Source: Blastocatellia bacterium | GTDB taxonomy: Bacteria > Acidobacteriota > Blastocatellia > UBA7656 | Assembly: GCA_963765495.1 (NCBI GenBank) | Contig: CAVXWP010000009.1 | Location: 544,001-608,000 of the forward strand | DNA length: 64,000 bases | Reading direction: 5' to 3' | Shown here: one piece after another, positions 47,827-58,009 of the stretch | Position numbering within the stretch: position 1 is the stretch's first letter | Layout of the letters: each line of letters begins with the position of its first letter | Program-made: the position numbers and the translations under genes | Notes under the pieces: model-generated | Database searches by the model: none | What the model saw: the letters and a program-made list of their open reading frames with translations, nothing else | What the model was told of the DNA's origin: nothing

Positions 47827-50454
47827 ATGTTGAACACATTTATGAACGAAAAGTACTTTCCACAAGAAGTAGAGCAACGATGGCAGAAACGCTGGGCCGA
47901 AGAGAAGATATTCGAGGTTAAAGAAGACCCCGAGCGCGAAAAGTTTTACTGCCTCGAGATGCTGGCCTACACTTCGGGCCGCGCGCACATAGGTCACGTC
48001 AGCAACTTTACCATAGGCGATGCGCTCTCCTGGTACAAACGGCTGCGCGGGTTCAACGTGTTGCACCCGTTTGGCTGGGATGCCTTCGGGCAGCCCGCCG
48101 AGACCGCCGCTATCAAGGAAGGCATAAACCCGGAAAAGTTCACACGCGATGCCATTGCTTATATGAAGTGGCAATTTCAGCGCATGGGACTCAGCTACGA
48201 CTGGTCGCGCGAGATCGCTTCGTGCGACCCCGAGTACTACAAATGGAACCAGTGGTTCTTTATCCGAATGTACGAGCGCGGGATGCTCTATCGCAAGCTG
48301 GCCCCGGTCAACTGGTGCCCGAAAGAAGGCATATCGCTCTCAAACGAGCAGGCGTCGGGCGGGGTCTGCTGGCGCGACGGCACTCCCGTCATCCAGAAAG
48401 AACTGATGCAGTGGTTCGCTAGAATAACCGATTACGCCGACCAGTTGCTCGACGATCTGGATAAGCTGGAAGGCCAGTGGCCCGAGCGCGTAATCACGCA
48501 GCAGCGCAACTGGATAGGCCGCAGCCGGGGGGCCGAGGTTCAGTTCAAAATTGCAGACACCATAGACACCGTCACCGTCTTCACCACGCGCATAGACACT
48601 ATCTTTGGCGCAAACGCGATAATACTCGCGCCCGAGCATCCGCTGCTAGCCAAGATAGTCGAAGGCAAGCCTGAACGTGAAGAAGTGCTGGCCTTTGCCG
48701 AGCGGCTGAGAAACGAGCAGCGCACCGGGCGGGCGCTGGAAGAGATGGAGAAGGAAGGCATATTCACGGGCGGCTGGGCGGTGAATCCTTTCAATCAGGA
48801 GCGGCTGCCTATCTGGATCGCAAACTTTGTGCTGATCCAGTACGGGACGGGCGCGATCATGGCCGTACCCGCAGGCGATCAGCGCGATTTCGAGTTCTCG
48901 CGCAAATACGGGCTGCCGTTTCGGCAGATCAAGCTGACATCGGACGGTCGCGAGGTTGCACCCGAAGAGATGGAAACAGCCGACGATGAATGGACCGTGA
49001 CCGTAAACACCGGCCAGTGGAGCGGGCTCTCTTCGGAAGAGGCCAACCGGCTGATGACCGAATACGCCGAGGCTAACGGATTCGGGCGCGGCGCGATCAC
49101 ATTCAAATTGCGCGATTGGGGAATCTCTCGCCAGAGGTACTGGGGCACGCCCATACCTATGATTCATTGCCCGAAGTGCGGGATAGTTCCCGTGCCCGAC
49201 GATCAATTGCCGGTCGTGCTGCCCGAAAACGTAGACCTGAGCGTGCAGGGCGGCTCGCCGCTCGATCACGTGCCCGAGTTTGTCAATGTGGAATGCCCGA
49301 AGTGCGGAGGCGCGGCCCGCCGCGACACAGACACTATGGACACCTTTGTTGACTCAAGCTGGTATTATTTCCGCTACTGCGACCCGCATAACGACCGTCA
49401 GCCGTTTGACCCCGAAAAGATCGCTTACTGGTTGCCCGTGGATCAGTACATCGGCGGCATCGAGCACGCGGTATTGCACTTGATCTACACGCGCTACTGG
49501 AACAAGGTTATGCGCGATCTGGGACTGGTCAAATTCGACGAGCCGGTTTCGCGCCTGCTCACGCAGGGCATGATCAACAAGGAGACGTTTCGTTGCCCTG
49601 AACACGAGTGGCTGTTTCCCGAGCAGGTGACAGAGGATAAGACCTGCTCGATCTGCGGGAGGCCGGTCGAAGTAGGACGCGTCGAGAAGATGTCCAAGTC
49701 AAAGAAGAACGCGGTTGACCCGATTGAGATGATCGAAATCCACGGGGCAGATGCGTTGCGTCTCTTCGTGCTGTTTGTCGGGCCGCCCGAAAAAGACAAG
49801 GAGTGGTCAGACACCGGGTTTGAGGGAGCGTCGCGCTATTTGCAGCGCGTGTGGAGAATCGCCTACAAATGGCAGGGGCGCATCACGCAATCAGACGGCG
49901 CTGGCGAGCTTTCGGCAGATACGAGCGAGGCGAGCGATTATCAGCGAAGGCTGCGCCGTCGCACTCATCAAATCATCCGCTCTATCACCGAAAATTTCGA
50001 GGAGCGTTTGCACTTGAATACGTGCATCTCTTCGCTGATGGAGTTGACCAACGAGATTTACAGCTTCGATCAGGCAGTAGACAAAAACGGCAGCGCGAGC
50101 GTCGAAGATGTAAGGATTGCCCGCGAAGCATTCGAGGCTTTGATACGGATGCTGACTCCGTTTGCTCCGCATATGGCCGAAGAGCTGTGGCAACAATTCG
50201 GCCACAGCGAAAGTCTGGCCCATGCCCGGTGGCCCGAGTTCAACACCGATCTTGCGCGGGAGGAAGAGATCGAAGTGGCCGTGCAGGTAAACGGTAAATT
50301 GCGGAGCCGTTTGTTTGTCAGTCCCGACGTGAGCGAAAGCGACCTCCGCGAAGCGGCGCTCGCCGACGAGAAGATCAAGGCAGCATCAGCGGGCCGCGAT
50401 GTGGCTAAGGTGATAGTGATACCGCGAAAGCTCGTCAACGTGGTTGTGAAGTAA
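47827..50454 (+). CDS. leuS: Leucine--tRNA ligase
   Basis: HIGH, GWDAFG, DWGISRQRYWG, KMSKS, VQVNGK; start may be ATG 47842. Confidence 0.98.
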   Translation: MLNTFMNEKYFPQEVEQRWQKRWAEEKIFEVKEDPEREKFYCLEMLAYTSGRAHIGHVSNFTIGDALSWYKRLRGFNVLHPFGWDAFGQPAETAAIKEGINPEKFTRDAIAYMKWQFQRMGLSYDWSREIASCDPEYYKWNQWFFIRMYERGMLYRKLAPVNWCPKEGISLSNEQASGGVCWRDGTPVIQKELMQWFARITDYADQLLDDLDKLEGQWPERVITQQRNWIGRSRGAEVQFKIADTIDTVTVFTTRIDTIFGANAIILAPEHPLLAKIVEGKPEREEVLAFAERLRNEQRTGRALEEMEKEGIFTGGWAVNPFNQERLPIWIANFVLIQYGTGAIMAVPAGDQRDFEFSRKYGLPFRQIKLTSDGREVAPEEMETADDEWTVTVNTGQWSGLSSEEANRLMTEYAEANGFGRGAITFKLRDWGISRQRYWGTPIPMIHCPKCGIVPVPDDQLPVVLPENVDLSVQGGSPLDHVPEFVNVECPKCGGAARRDTDTMDTFVDSSWYYFRYCDPHNDRQPFDPEKIAYWLPVDQYIGGIEHAVLHLIYTRYWNKVMRDLGLVKFDEPVSRLLTQGMINKETFRCPEHEWLFPEQVTEDKTCSICGRPVEVGRVEKMSKSKKNAVDPIEMIEIHGADALRLFVLFVGPPEKDKEWSDTGFEGASRYLQRVWRIAYKWQGRITQSDGAGELSADTSEASDYQRRLRRRTHQIIRSITENFEERLHLNTCISSLMELTNEIYSFDQAVDKNGSASVEDVRIAREAFEALIRMLTPFAPHMAEELWQQFGHSESLAHARWPEFNTDLAREEEIEVAVQVNGKLRSRLFVSPDVSESDLREAALADEKIKAASAGRDVAKVIVIPRKLVNVVVK

Positions 50455-50604
50455 GCAGTAGGCAGTAGGCAGTTTTTAAGGGAACACATCGCTCTCTATC
50501 CAGATGCCAAATTAGAACATTGGGAATAGGCCACGGATGACGCGGATTGGGCGGATTTACGCGGATTAGTTCTTGGCCTCAAAATAACTGCCTACTGCCT
50601 ACTA
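50452..50604. repeat. GCAGTAG inverted array with a nested CGCGGAT half-element (50522-50579)
   Basis: taagcagtaggcagtaggcag ... aactgcctactgcctacta; arms begin at the stops of both convergent genes. Confidence 0.88.
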
Positions 50605-51600
50605 TCTTGTAAGGTACAACAACAGGGTTGCAAAGACGTAGACGATCAATATCCCGAGAGAATCCCAGGTGAGAAACAATATCTTCTTCGTCGTCTTGTA
50701 GGTCAATCCTATCACGGCGATGGCCGTCACGATTATGGCTCCGTTGGCGGTTATGATGTGATTGGGTGTTAACTGCGCAATCAGCGGCCCCTTCGTATAA
50801 CATATGTCGTCTATCGCAAGTATCGCGATGTTGAACAGATTGCTTCCGAACAGGTTGCCGTAAACCATGTCCACGGCTCCGATTCGAAAGGCCGTCACAG
50901 AGACGACAAGTTCCGGCAACGAGGTCGAAAGAGCTATGAATATGCTGCCTACGAAGGATTGCCCGAGCCCCGTCATCCGGGCGATCTCTTCTCCGAGATG
51001 AGGCAGGTAGGTCGCCGCACCAATTATCACCAGAGCGTTGACCGCGTACAGGACATAAGCCTCGCGCTTCGAGATGTGCTCGTATTGTATCTCTTCGGCC
51101 ATCTCTTCCATGTATTCGCCCACGCGCCTCTTTTCATAGAAAAAGACCAGTCTCATCGTCACTACATAGACGGCAATAAAGACAAGGCTGTAGAGGCTGA
51201 CCCAGCCGATTGTCGGAACAGTTCCATTAGTGATAAAGCTGAGATTGACCAGTCCGAGCAGAAGTATACCGAACCCCCCGGTGAGCACCTGCCCCTGATG
51301 CGCTCTGGTTGAGAGCGGCACGGCGCTGCCCGAAAGATCGAGCAGGGCGATGATAAGAATGTTGAACAGACAACTGCCCAGCACATCGCCCGCCGCGATG
51401 TTTGGAGTATCAAAGATGGTAACCGAGCTTATCCCCGTAATCAGTTCGGGCAGAGAGGTGACGGAAGCCATAAGGATCACACCTATCCAGGTTCTTCCCA
51501 TCCCTGACTTTTCGGCGATCACGTCACCGTACTTTGAAAGCTTCGTGCCTGAAAACAGTATCACCGCCGTGCAGGCCGCAAATTCTAGCCATATCAACAT
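50602..51600 (-). CDS. Sodium:calcium antiporter (CaCA/YrbG family)
   Basis: Two TSLPEL alpha repeats, [10 protein letters not shown] and [10 protein letters not shown]. Confidence 0.92.
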   Translation of the reverse strand: MLIWLEFAACTAVILFSGTKLSKYGDVIAEKSGMGRTWIGVILMASVTSLPELITGISSVTIFDTPNIAAGDVLGSCLFNILIIALLDLSGSAVPLSTRAHQGQVLTGGFGILLLGLVNLSFITNGTVPTIGWVSLYSLVFIAVYVVTMRLVFFYEKRRVGEYMEEMAEEIQYEHISKREAYVLYAVNALVIIGAATYLPHLGEEIARMTGLGQSFVGSIFIALSTSLPELVVSVTAFRIGAVDMVYGNLFGSNLFNIAILAIDDICYTKGPLIAQLTPNHIITANGAIIVTAIAVIGLTYKTTKKILFLTWDSLGILIVYVFATLLLYLTR

Positions 51601-51762
51601 TCGCGTCTCTTTCTGAAACCAGTAGGTGAGGGGCAGCATAAAATAATCCGGCTAATGCTGTCCATCATTGATTTATCTAAAAGTCTTTTTCACAAATCAC
51701 GGATCACGCATCAGTGAAGGCTGCTTGTGCGCCGCGCTGCCGGAAAGGTAATATCACCATTG

Positions 51763-52281
51763 ATGTTCAAGCCTCTTTTTTTAGCCATCTGCCTGGCGCT
51801 CGTCGTTGATGTTTGCGGTTACAAACCCGCGGGTAAGGGTAAAAGCCTGCCCGCTGACATCAAGACGATTGCCGTGCCTATTTTTCAAAATTCCAGCCTA
51901 AAATACAGGGTCGAGCAGCGATTTACAAAAGCCGTTATGGAAGAGGTACTAAACCGCGCTCGCCCGTTGCGCGTCACTACGAGAACGGACGAGGCCGACG
52001 CGGTCCTCAACGGCGATATTCGCAGCTTTCGCGCCACAGGCACCCTGCTCGACGATCAGGGGCGCACGCGGATGTGGAATGTCCGCATCATTATCGGCGT
52101 CACGGTGCGCGACACCAGATCAAACAAGATCATCTATAACAATCCTCGAATGTCGTTTGAGGGAGAGTATGAGTTGTCGGGCGACCCGGAATCGTTTTTC
52201 AACGAAGAGAACCCGGCGGTTGACCGCATAGCGAAGGATTTCGCCCGGACCATCATCTCGACGATTCTGGAAGGACTGTGA
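51763..52281 (+). CDS. lptE: LPS assembly lipoprotein LptE
   Basis: CGY after a hydrophobic leader, KTIAVPIFQN, ADAVLNG; leuS-holA context. Confidence 0.8.
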   Translation: MFKPLFLAICLALVVDVCGYKPAGKGKSLPADIKTIAVPIFQNSSLKYRVEQRFTKAVMEEVLNRARPLRVTTRTDEADAVLNGDIRSFRATGTLLDDQGRTRMWNVRIIIGVTVRDTRSNKIIYNNPRMSFEGEYELSGDPESFFNEENPAVDRIAKDFARTIISTILEGL

Positions 52282-53342
52282 GCAGAAGAGCCAAAAAGAG
52301 ACTCGACGGGCTGGGATTCGACGAATTCCGCCGCCAGATAAAAGAAGGCCGCATCTCGCCGCTCTACCTATTTGCGGGCGAAGAGACCTACTTTCAAGAA
52401 CGCGCCCTTCGCCTGCTTGTGGGGACGCTCGATGAGGCGGGCCGGGTATTCAATTACTCGATTTACTCGCTTGGCGGAGACACATCTTCCGGCCCGAAGG
52501 TAAGCGCCGCTGCGGCCCTTGACGGGGCCAATCAGTTTCCGATGATGTCGGCGCGGCGCATAGTCGTAATACGCGACTTCGACAAGATAAAAGAAGAAGA
52601 AAATGATCTGGTAATCGAATACCTCAAGCGGCCCGCGCCGACAGCGACGGTGGTCTTTCAGGCCACATCGCTCGATCAGCGCCGCAAGATCACAACCGCG
52701 CTGATGAAAGCCTGCACGCTTGTGGCCTTCAATCGCCTCAGCGATCAGCAGGCCCAGAGATGGGCCGAGCAGTATTTGAAGAACCGCCAGTGTCGAATCG
52801 AGCCTTCGGCTCTCGGGCATCTGATAGGTCTTGTCGGCACACGAATGTCGAGGCTTGTAAACGAACTTGATAAGCTCGCGGCCTATGCAAACGGCGGATT
52901 CATCAATAATACGGTGGTCGAAGAGCTTGTGCCGCGCGCCCGCGAGCATACCAGTTTCGAGTTGTGGGATGCCATAATCGCGCGCGACCGCAAACGCGCG
53001 ATCCGGCTTGCCGTGCGCCTGCTCGACGACGGCTCCGAGCCTCTTATGATAGTCGGGTCGCTTGCGGGTCTTTATCGCCGTCTGCTTGCCGCGAAAGAAT
53101 TGACCATGCGCGGAGCCCCTTCCGAAGAAGTTATGAAAGCCACGGGCCAGTACGGGTCGCGCGCCCGCGATTTCAGCGGGCGAGTCTTGCGAACATCACG
53201 CGAAGAGATTGCACACGGTCTGAGCCGCATCAGTCAGGTCGACAACGCGATAAAGAACTCGGAGGCCACGCCGCGATTGCAGATAGAATATCTTGTGGCC
53301 GAATTGACTTTGCCCGAAGGCGCTCGCTGGGCTATATTTTGA
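52278..53342 (+). CDS. holA: DNA polymerase III subunit delta
   Basis: PLYLFAGEE, PMMSARRIV, NELDKL; conserved context. Confidence 0.92.
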   Translation: MSRRAKKRLDGLGFDEFRRQIKEGRISPLYLFAGEETYFQERALRLLVGTLDEAGRVFNYSIYSLGGDTSSGPKVSAAAALDGANQFPMMSARRIVVIRDFDKIKEEENDLVIEYLKRPAPTATVVFQATSLDQRRKITTALMKACTLVAFNRLSDQQAQRWAEQYLKNRQCRIEPSALGHLIGLVGTRMSRLVNELDKLAAYANGGFINNTVVEELVPRAREHTSFELWDAIIARDRKRAIRLAVRLLDDGSEPLMIVGSLAGLYRRLLAAKELTMRGAPSEEVMKATGQYGSRARDFSGRVLRTSREEIAHGLSRISQVDNAIKNSEATPRLQIEYLVAELTLPEGARWAIF

Positions 53343-53343
53343 T

Positions 53344-53429
53344 TGAGTTTCGAGTTTTGAATTTTGAGTTTTGAATACCGCGTATCAACTGGTTAATTCA
53401 AAATTCAAAACTCAAAACTCAAAACTTAA
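53344..53429. repeat. Inverted heptamer array, TTTTGAR family
   Basis: gagttttgaattttgagttttgaa facing ttcaaaattcaaaactcaaaactcaaaact. Confidence 0.9.
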
Positions 53430-53449
53430 ATTTCAAGCCGGAGGTTCAG

Positions 53450-54325
53450 ATGCCCATCTTTGCTCACGAAGAAAACCCGCTAAATAATCAAGAGTGGGAA
53501 AACATCAATAACATAGTGATTGATGTCGCCCGCAAGCGGCTGGTAGGCCGTCGCATAGTTGACCTTCACGGCCCGCTCGGCCCGGGGATTCAGACAATCG
53601 TGCACGATCATTTTTCCGGCACCACGATTGGCCGCATAGGGCTTCTCGGCGAAGAAGAGTCGGACCCGGTTCGTTCCGTGCGCCGCGAAAGCGGGATCAT
53701 ACCCCTGATCTACAAAGACTTCATACTGCACTGGCGAGACATAGAGACCGCCAGGCAATCGGGTACGCCGCTCGATACTTCTGCCGCCGCGGGCGCAGCC
53801 GCCTTCTGCGCCGACGCCGAAGACGATTTGATCTTTAACGGCAGCGAAGAGATGGGCTACGAAGGCTTGATGGTGGTCGAGGGGCGACAGACGCTAAGCA
53901 GGCGTGACTGGTCGGAGGCCGGGAATTCGTTTCAGGATGTAGTGGACGCGACTCAACTGCTCGTGCAGGCAGGCTATTATGGTCCATATGCGATGGTCGT
54001 CAGCCCGACGCTCTACACCAATATGCATCAGGTGCATCCGGGTACGGGCGTGCTTGAAATCGAGCATATTCGCCAGTTGATAACCGACGGAGTGTATCAA
54101 TCGCCGGTCATACAAGAAGGCTACGGGATGATAGTGGCTACGGGGGCGCAGAACTTCGATCTGGCCGTGGCGCAGGATTTGACAGTCGCCTATCTGGGCG
54201 CGGAGCACATGAACCATCCGTTTCGCGTATTCGAATCGGTTTATCTGAGGATCAAGCGGCACGGTTCGATCTGCACGCTTGAGCCGGGGACTACTACAGG
54301 CTCGTCGAAAAAGCGCGGCAAGTGA
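53450..54325 (+). CDS. Family 1 encapsulin shell protein (linocin M18 family)
   Basis: LVGRR..DLHGPLG.G, PLIYKDF.L.WRD, AEDDLIFNG, GPYAMVVSP, FDLAVAQD, FRVFES; GGAGG RBS. Confidence 0.92.
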   Translation: MPIFAHEENPLNNQEWENINNIVIDVARKRLVGRRIVDLHGPLGPGIQTIVHDHFSGTTIGRIGLLGEEESDPVRSVRRESGIIPLIYKDFILHWRDIETARQSGTPLDTSAAAGAAAFCADAEDDLIFNGSEEMGYEGLMVVEGRQTLSRRDWSEAGNSFQDVVDATQLLVQAGYYGPYAMVVSPTLYTNMHQVHPGTGVLEIEHIRQLITDGVYQSPVIQEGYGMIVATGAQNFDLAVAQDLTVAYLGAEHMNHPFRVFESVYLRIKRHGSICTLEPGTTTGSSKKRGK

Positions 54326-54329
54326 ATTA

Positions 54330-54370
54330 GGGATTTGAAATTTGAGATTCGAGATTTCAAAGCTCAGATG
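54330..54370. repeat. Heptamer array, GATTTGA family
   Basis: gggatttgaaatttgagattcgagatttcaaagctcagat directly after the encapsulin stop. Confidence 0.7.
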
Positions 54371-54397
54371 TAAAAGACGACCAGCAAAATGCAGCAA

Positions 54398-54434
54398 AAG
54401 AAGAGGACGGCCGCTTTGGCCGTCCTCTTCTTTT
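54398..54434. terminator. Bidirectional intrinsic terminator (encapsulin/rpsT)
   Basis: aagaagaggacggcc-gcttt-ggccgtcctcttctttt. Confidence 0.85.
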
Positions 54435-54554
54435 AAGATGAGGTAATAATGCGGTTTTTCTGCCCTGAATCAGTCCGGCAAAACAACCGGAACGCGGCAA
54501 AAGAAGCCATCCAGGACAAGGCGCTTCCGCGCCTACATCTTCGGGACAATATTT

Positions 54555-54821
54555 TCAGGCCGACATCTGGTTGACGGTGCTTGTCAGACGCGATTTATAG
54601 CGAGCAGCCGCGTTACGATGCAATATGCCCTTTTGAATCGATTTGTCTATAAGCGAGACGGTCTCTGGAAGCAATACCTGCGCTTCCTCCCGATTGCCCG
54701 CCACGATGGCGGCCCGGAGCTTCTTCATCTGCGTACGTAACCTTGAGCGATTATGGGTATTGACCGCGTTGCGCCGCTCGGTCTGTCTCATGCGCTTTTC
54801 TGCCGACTTATGATTAGCCAT
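54555..54821 (-). CDS. rpsT: 30S ribosomal protein S20
   Basis: MANHKSAEKR...KGILHRNAAARYKSRL. Confidence 0.97.
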   Translation of the reverse strand: MANHKSAEKRMRQTERRNAVNTHNRSRLRTQMKKLRAAIVAGNREEAQVLLPETVSLIDKSIQKGILHRNAAARYKSRLTSTVNQMSA

Positions 54822-54875
54822 GCTTTTACTCTCTCCTCAATACAGCTAAGAAAATTCCAGTCAAAAAGACTTACA

Positions 54876-54905
54876 AGGATACCTGTGGACCCGATTTGCT
54901 GTCAA
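54876..54905 (-). promoter_or_regulatory. Sigma-70 promoter of rpsT
   Basis: TTGACA-18 nt-TATCCT. Confidence 0.55.
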
Positions 54906-54949
54906 GTATCGTCCAGAGAACCAAACCGGGATCAGAAACAGAGACGGGA

Positions 54950-54978
54950 TTGCCATCAACCGGAGGCAGTGGTAGAAT
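54950..54978 (+). promoter_or_regulatory. Sigma-70 promoter upstream of the protease gene
   Basis: TTGCCA-17 nt-TAGAAT with TGn extension. Confidence 0.6.
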
Positions 54979-55262
54979 CACGCCCTGTAAGCGCGGATTG
55001 AGTCATGCGCGCAGGCTCTGTTTGATCTAAACTACTATCGGGTAACGTATCCGGTTATATAGCAACGACCCTTTGATATATTCAGCAATTGGAGCGACGG
55101 CAAAGACAATAATCTGTCGAAAGCCGATGGCGCTTACATAAGGGTTGCAGGTATCGAAGGGTTGAAACCGGCAAAAGCGATTGGGTAAGGCAGGGGGCGC
55201 GGTGCGGCTCGCCGGACTGATCGGCTGAATCTGGCAGAGGTTAAGTGAGAGAGGAGTACGCC

Positions 55263-56966
55263 ATGAGAGACAGGAAATTATCGTTATTATTAATCGCAGT
55301 CATTGCGGTTTGCACAATTTCATATGCCTCAAAAGCAGATGCTCAAACGCGGGAGCCAAATGATACAAACAAACTCCACATGAGGGCAAAACCCGCCATC
55401 GTGCGTATCATTTCAGGCTACGTAGGTAAATGGACGTGGCGTGGCCGTCAGTGGGATACGCAGTCGCTATCGAGCGGGTCGGGCTTCATCATCAACCCGA
55501 ACGGCTACATAATGACGAATGCCCACGTTGTGAGCGACATCAAAGAGGGAGATCAATACGGTCAGCGAACCCTACTTTATCAACTGGCGGTTCAGGTGCT
55601 TCAGGCACTGAGCCAGCCCGTCAACGACCAGACCATAAATCAGGCCACGCAGATACTGGCCAATGAAGCCCAGCTTGGAGATTTCAAACGCATCAACCTC
55701 GTCTTTCTTCAAAGCGGCAGCCGCTATCCTTACGAGATCAAGGCATACGGCGCGCCGCTCGGCAATGCAAAAGACCTGGCCATCGGCAAAGATGTTTCCA
55801 TAATCAAAATAGAGATCAAGAATGCGCCGACGCTCAGGCTCGGCAATTCCGACATCGTGCAGGTAGGAGACCCGGTCTGGGTGCTCGGCTATCCCGGAGC
55901 GGCGGATTCCGACGCTCTTGATGAAAAATCGCAACTGGAACCGACCACAAACGACGGGAAAATCTCTGCCAAGAAGACCTCGGCAGACGGAGCTCCGATA
56001 CTGCAAACCAATGCCAACACTACGCACGGGAATTCCGGCGGGCCCGCCATAAATGAAAGAGGCGAGGTGATTGGAATCCTCACCTTCCGTGGCAACACGG
56101 TAAACGGGCAGGAGGTCCAGGGGTTTAACTTCATAGTGCCGATCAACACCGGGCAGGAGTTTGTCAGACAGGCGGGGACGGATAACTCGGAAAGCCTGAT
56201 CGACAAGAAATGGGTCGAGGGCCTTAATTACTACTGGAAACAGGAGTACAGCAACGCGGTGCAGGACTTCTCGGCGGTGCTGGCGCTCTATCCCGACCAC
56301 ACGGAAGCGGCGAAACTCATAAGCGACTCGCAGGAGCATATCGCAAAGGGAGAAGATCAGTCGGGGGCCGTATTCGGCGGCATAGTATTGCTTGTGCTTG
56401 GCGGAGGCTTTCTGCTGCTGGTCGGCGCAGGCGTGCTGGTACTTGTGCTTGTGATGCGGAAAAAGAAGGGTGGAGCGATGCCTGCTCCCGGAATGCAGCC
56501 GCAGTTCGCGCAGCCGCATTCGGATTTCTCTCAGCAAGGCTATGGAAGCCCTGTTCCCTCCCCGGCTCAACCGATGGGGATAGGGGCCGCTCCTGCCCCG
56601 GAGAGGACAGCGCCGCTTGGCAATCAGGCCAAGACCCAGGCGTTCAGTCCCCCGGCGCAGGCTACGGCAAAGCTGATCTGCTCGATAGGCCCGTTGCAGG
56701 GGCAGGAATTCAACATCGGACAGGGAATCTATATCGGGCGCGACGGGGCCAGGTCACAGATAGTTGTCCCGGACATTCAGGTATCGGGGCAGCACCTGTG
56801 GGTAGGCCCGGTCAACGGGCGAATCGTGGCGCAGGACAAAGGCTCGACCAACGGCACCTTTATCAATAACCAGATGGGTAATCGAATAACGGAGGTCGAG
56901 CTTAAAGATCGGGATGTGCTGACGCTTGGCGGTGAGGGCACCGTAAAATTTGTCTTTAAGGCTTAA
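55263..56966 (+). CDS. Membrane-anchored trypsin-like serine protease with TPR-like segment and cytoplasmic FHA domain
   Basis: Signal peptide; TNAHVV, DVSIIKI, GNSGGP triad; TM; Pro-rich linker; IGRD..SGQH..STNGT FHA motifs. Confidence 0.9.
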   Translation: MRDRKLSLLLIAVIAVCTISYASKADAQTREPNDTNKLHMRAKPAIVRIISGYVGKWTWRGRQWDTQSLSSGSGFIINPNGYIMTNAHVVSDIKEGDQYGQRTLLYQLAVQVLQALSQPVNDQTINQATQILANEAQLGDFKRINLVFLQSGSRYPYEIKAYGAPLGNAKDLAIGKDVSIIKIEIKNAPTLRLGNSDIVQVGDPVWVLGYPGAADSDALDEKSQLEPTTNDGKISAKKTSADGAPILQTNANTTHGNSGGPAINERGEVIGILTFRGNTVNGQEVQGFNFIVPINTGQEFVRQAGTDNSESLIDKKWVEGLNYYWKQEYSNAVQDFSAVLALYPDHTEAAKLISDSQEHIAKGEDQSGAVFGGIVLLVLGGGFLLLVGAGVLVLVLVMRKKKGGAMPAPGMQPQFAQPHSDFSQQGYGSPVPSPAQPMGIGAAPAPERTAPLGNQAKTQAFSPPAQATAKLICSIGPLQGQEFNIGQGIYIGRDGARSQIVVPDIQVSGQHLWVGPVNGRIVAQDKGSTNGTFINNQMGNRITEVELKDRDVLTLGGEGTVKFVFKA

Positions 56967-57199
56967 AGACCTGTTTGATGATTCGCCGAACGAGCGCGCT
57001 CCGCTTAACGGCGGTTCACATTCGAGGCCGCGTGTTACGGAAGCGGCTTCGGATGTGAATCAAAGTCCATGTCCTCAAAAATAGTCAGGAACACAATTCA
57101 CACCCCTTTGCCGGCATCAATCTTATTTGCATTCAGGCGATGACCTGAAAACCGGCCACAGGCGCTATCAAACTATAGGCTTCACAGCAGGTTAAAAGA

Positions 57200-58009
57200 G
57201 TGAAATACAAAACGGTCGTAAGCATGTTAAGCGACGTGGGCTGTCATCGAGAGGTGAACGAAGACTCTTACCTGCAGGTTCAGCCGGAAGACGCGAAACT
57301 GCTCAAGAAGAGGGGAGCGCTTTTTGTCGTAGCCGACGGGATGGGCGGACATTCGGCGGGCGAAATTGCAAGTCGAATGGCTGTCGATATCCTGAATCGC
57401 GAGTATTACGCGCTGCCGGGCGATGCGCAAGCGGCGCTTACGGCAGCTTTGTGTCAGGCAAACCGCGAAATATACGAGGCGGCGCTCAAGAATGAAGAGA
57501 TGCGCGGGATGGGCACAACCTGCACGGCGCTCGTGCTGCAAGACGACGCGGCCCTTTCCGCTCACGTAGGCGACAGCCGGCTCTACCTCATCCGTGGCAA
57601 TCAAATACACCTGATGACCGAAGATCATTCCTACGTCATGGAGCTTGTAAAGAAGGGGGTGTTGAGCAGTCAGGATGCGCGGCGGCACCCGGATAAGAAT
57701 ATCATTTTACGGGCGGTTGGAAGCCACTCCGAGGTGGAAGTTTCAACCTGGCAAGAACCTTTCCCTGTTCACGGTGGCGACACCTTCCTGTTGTGCTCGG
57801 ATGGCCTTTACGACCTTGTGGAAGATGAAGAGATCAGGAAAGCGGTCATCAGAGACGAACCTCGACAGGCCTCGGAAAATCTTGTCGAACTCGCAAAGGA
57901 ACGGGGCGGGCATGATAATATCACGGTTGGAATCGTAAAGGTGAAGCCGCAAAACAAGACGGGTTACATAAAGACTCGCCAGACCCGCGACACGGAGGCA
58001 AGAAAATGA
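57200..58009 (+). CDS. PP2C-type Ser/Thr phosphatase (Stp1/PrpC family)
   Basis: NEDS, VADGMGGH, GMGTT, HVGDSR, CSDGL, GHDNIT. Confidence 0.95.
   Translation: MKYKTVVSMLSDVGCHREVNEDSYLQVQPEDAKLLKKRGALFVVADGMGGHSAGEIASRMAVDILNREYYALPGDAQAALTAALCQANREIYEAALKNEEMRGMGTTCTALVLQDDAALSAHVGDSRLYLIRGNQIHLMTEDHSYVMELVKKGVLSSQDARRHPDKNIILRAVGSHSEVEVSTWQEPFPVHGGDTFLLCSDGLYDLVEDEEIRKAVIRDEPRQASENLVELAKERGGHDNITVGIVKVKPQNKTGYIKTRQTRDTEARK

Noticed and set aside
55051-55171. 6S RNA, SRP RNA or c-di-GMP-I riboswitch
   Set aside because: Too short and lacking the central bubble of 6S; no SRP GGAA/AGCAG loop motif; GGCAAA and GAAA are present but not in the riboswitch arrangement. Kept as an unknown hairpin.
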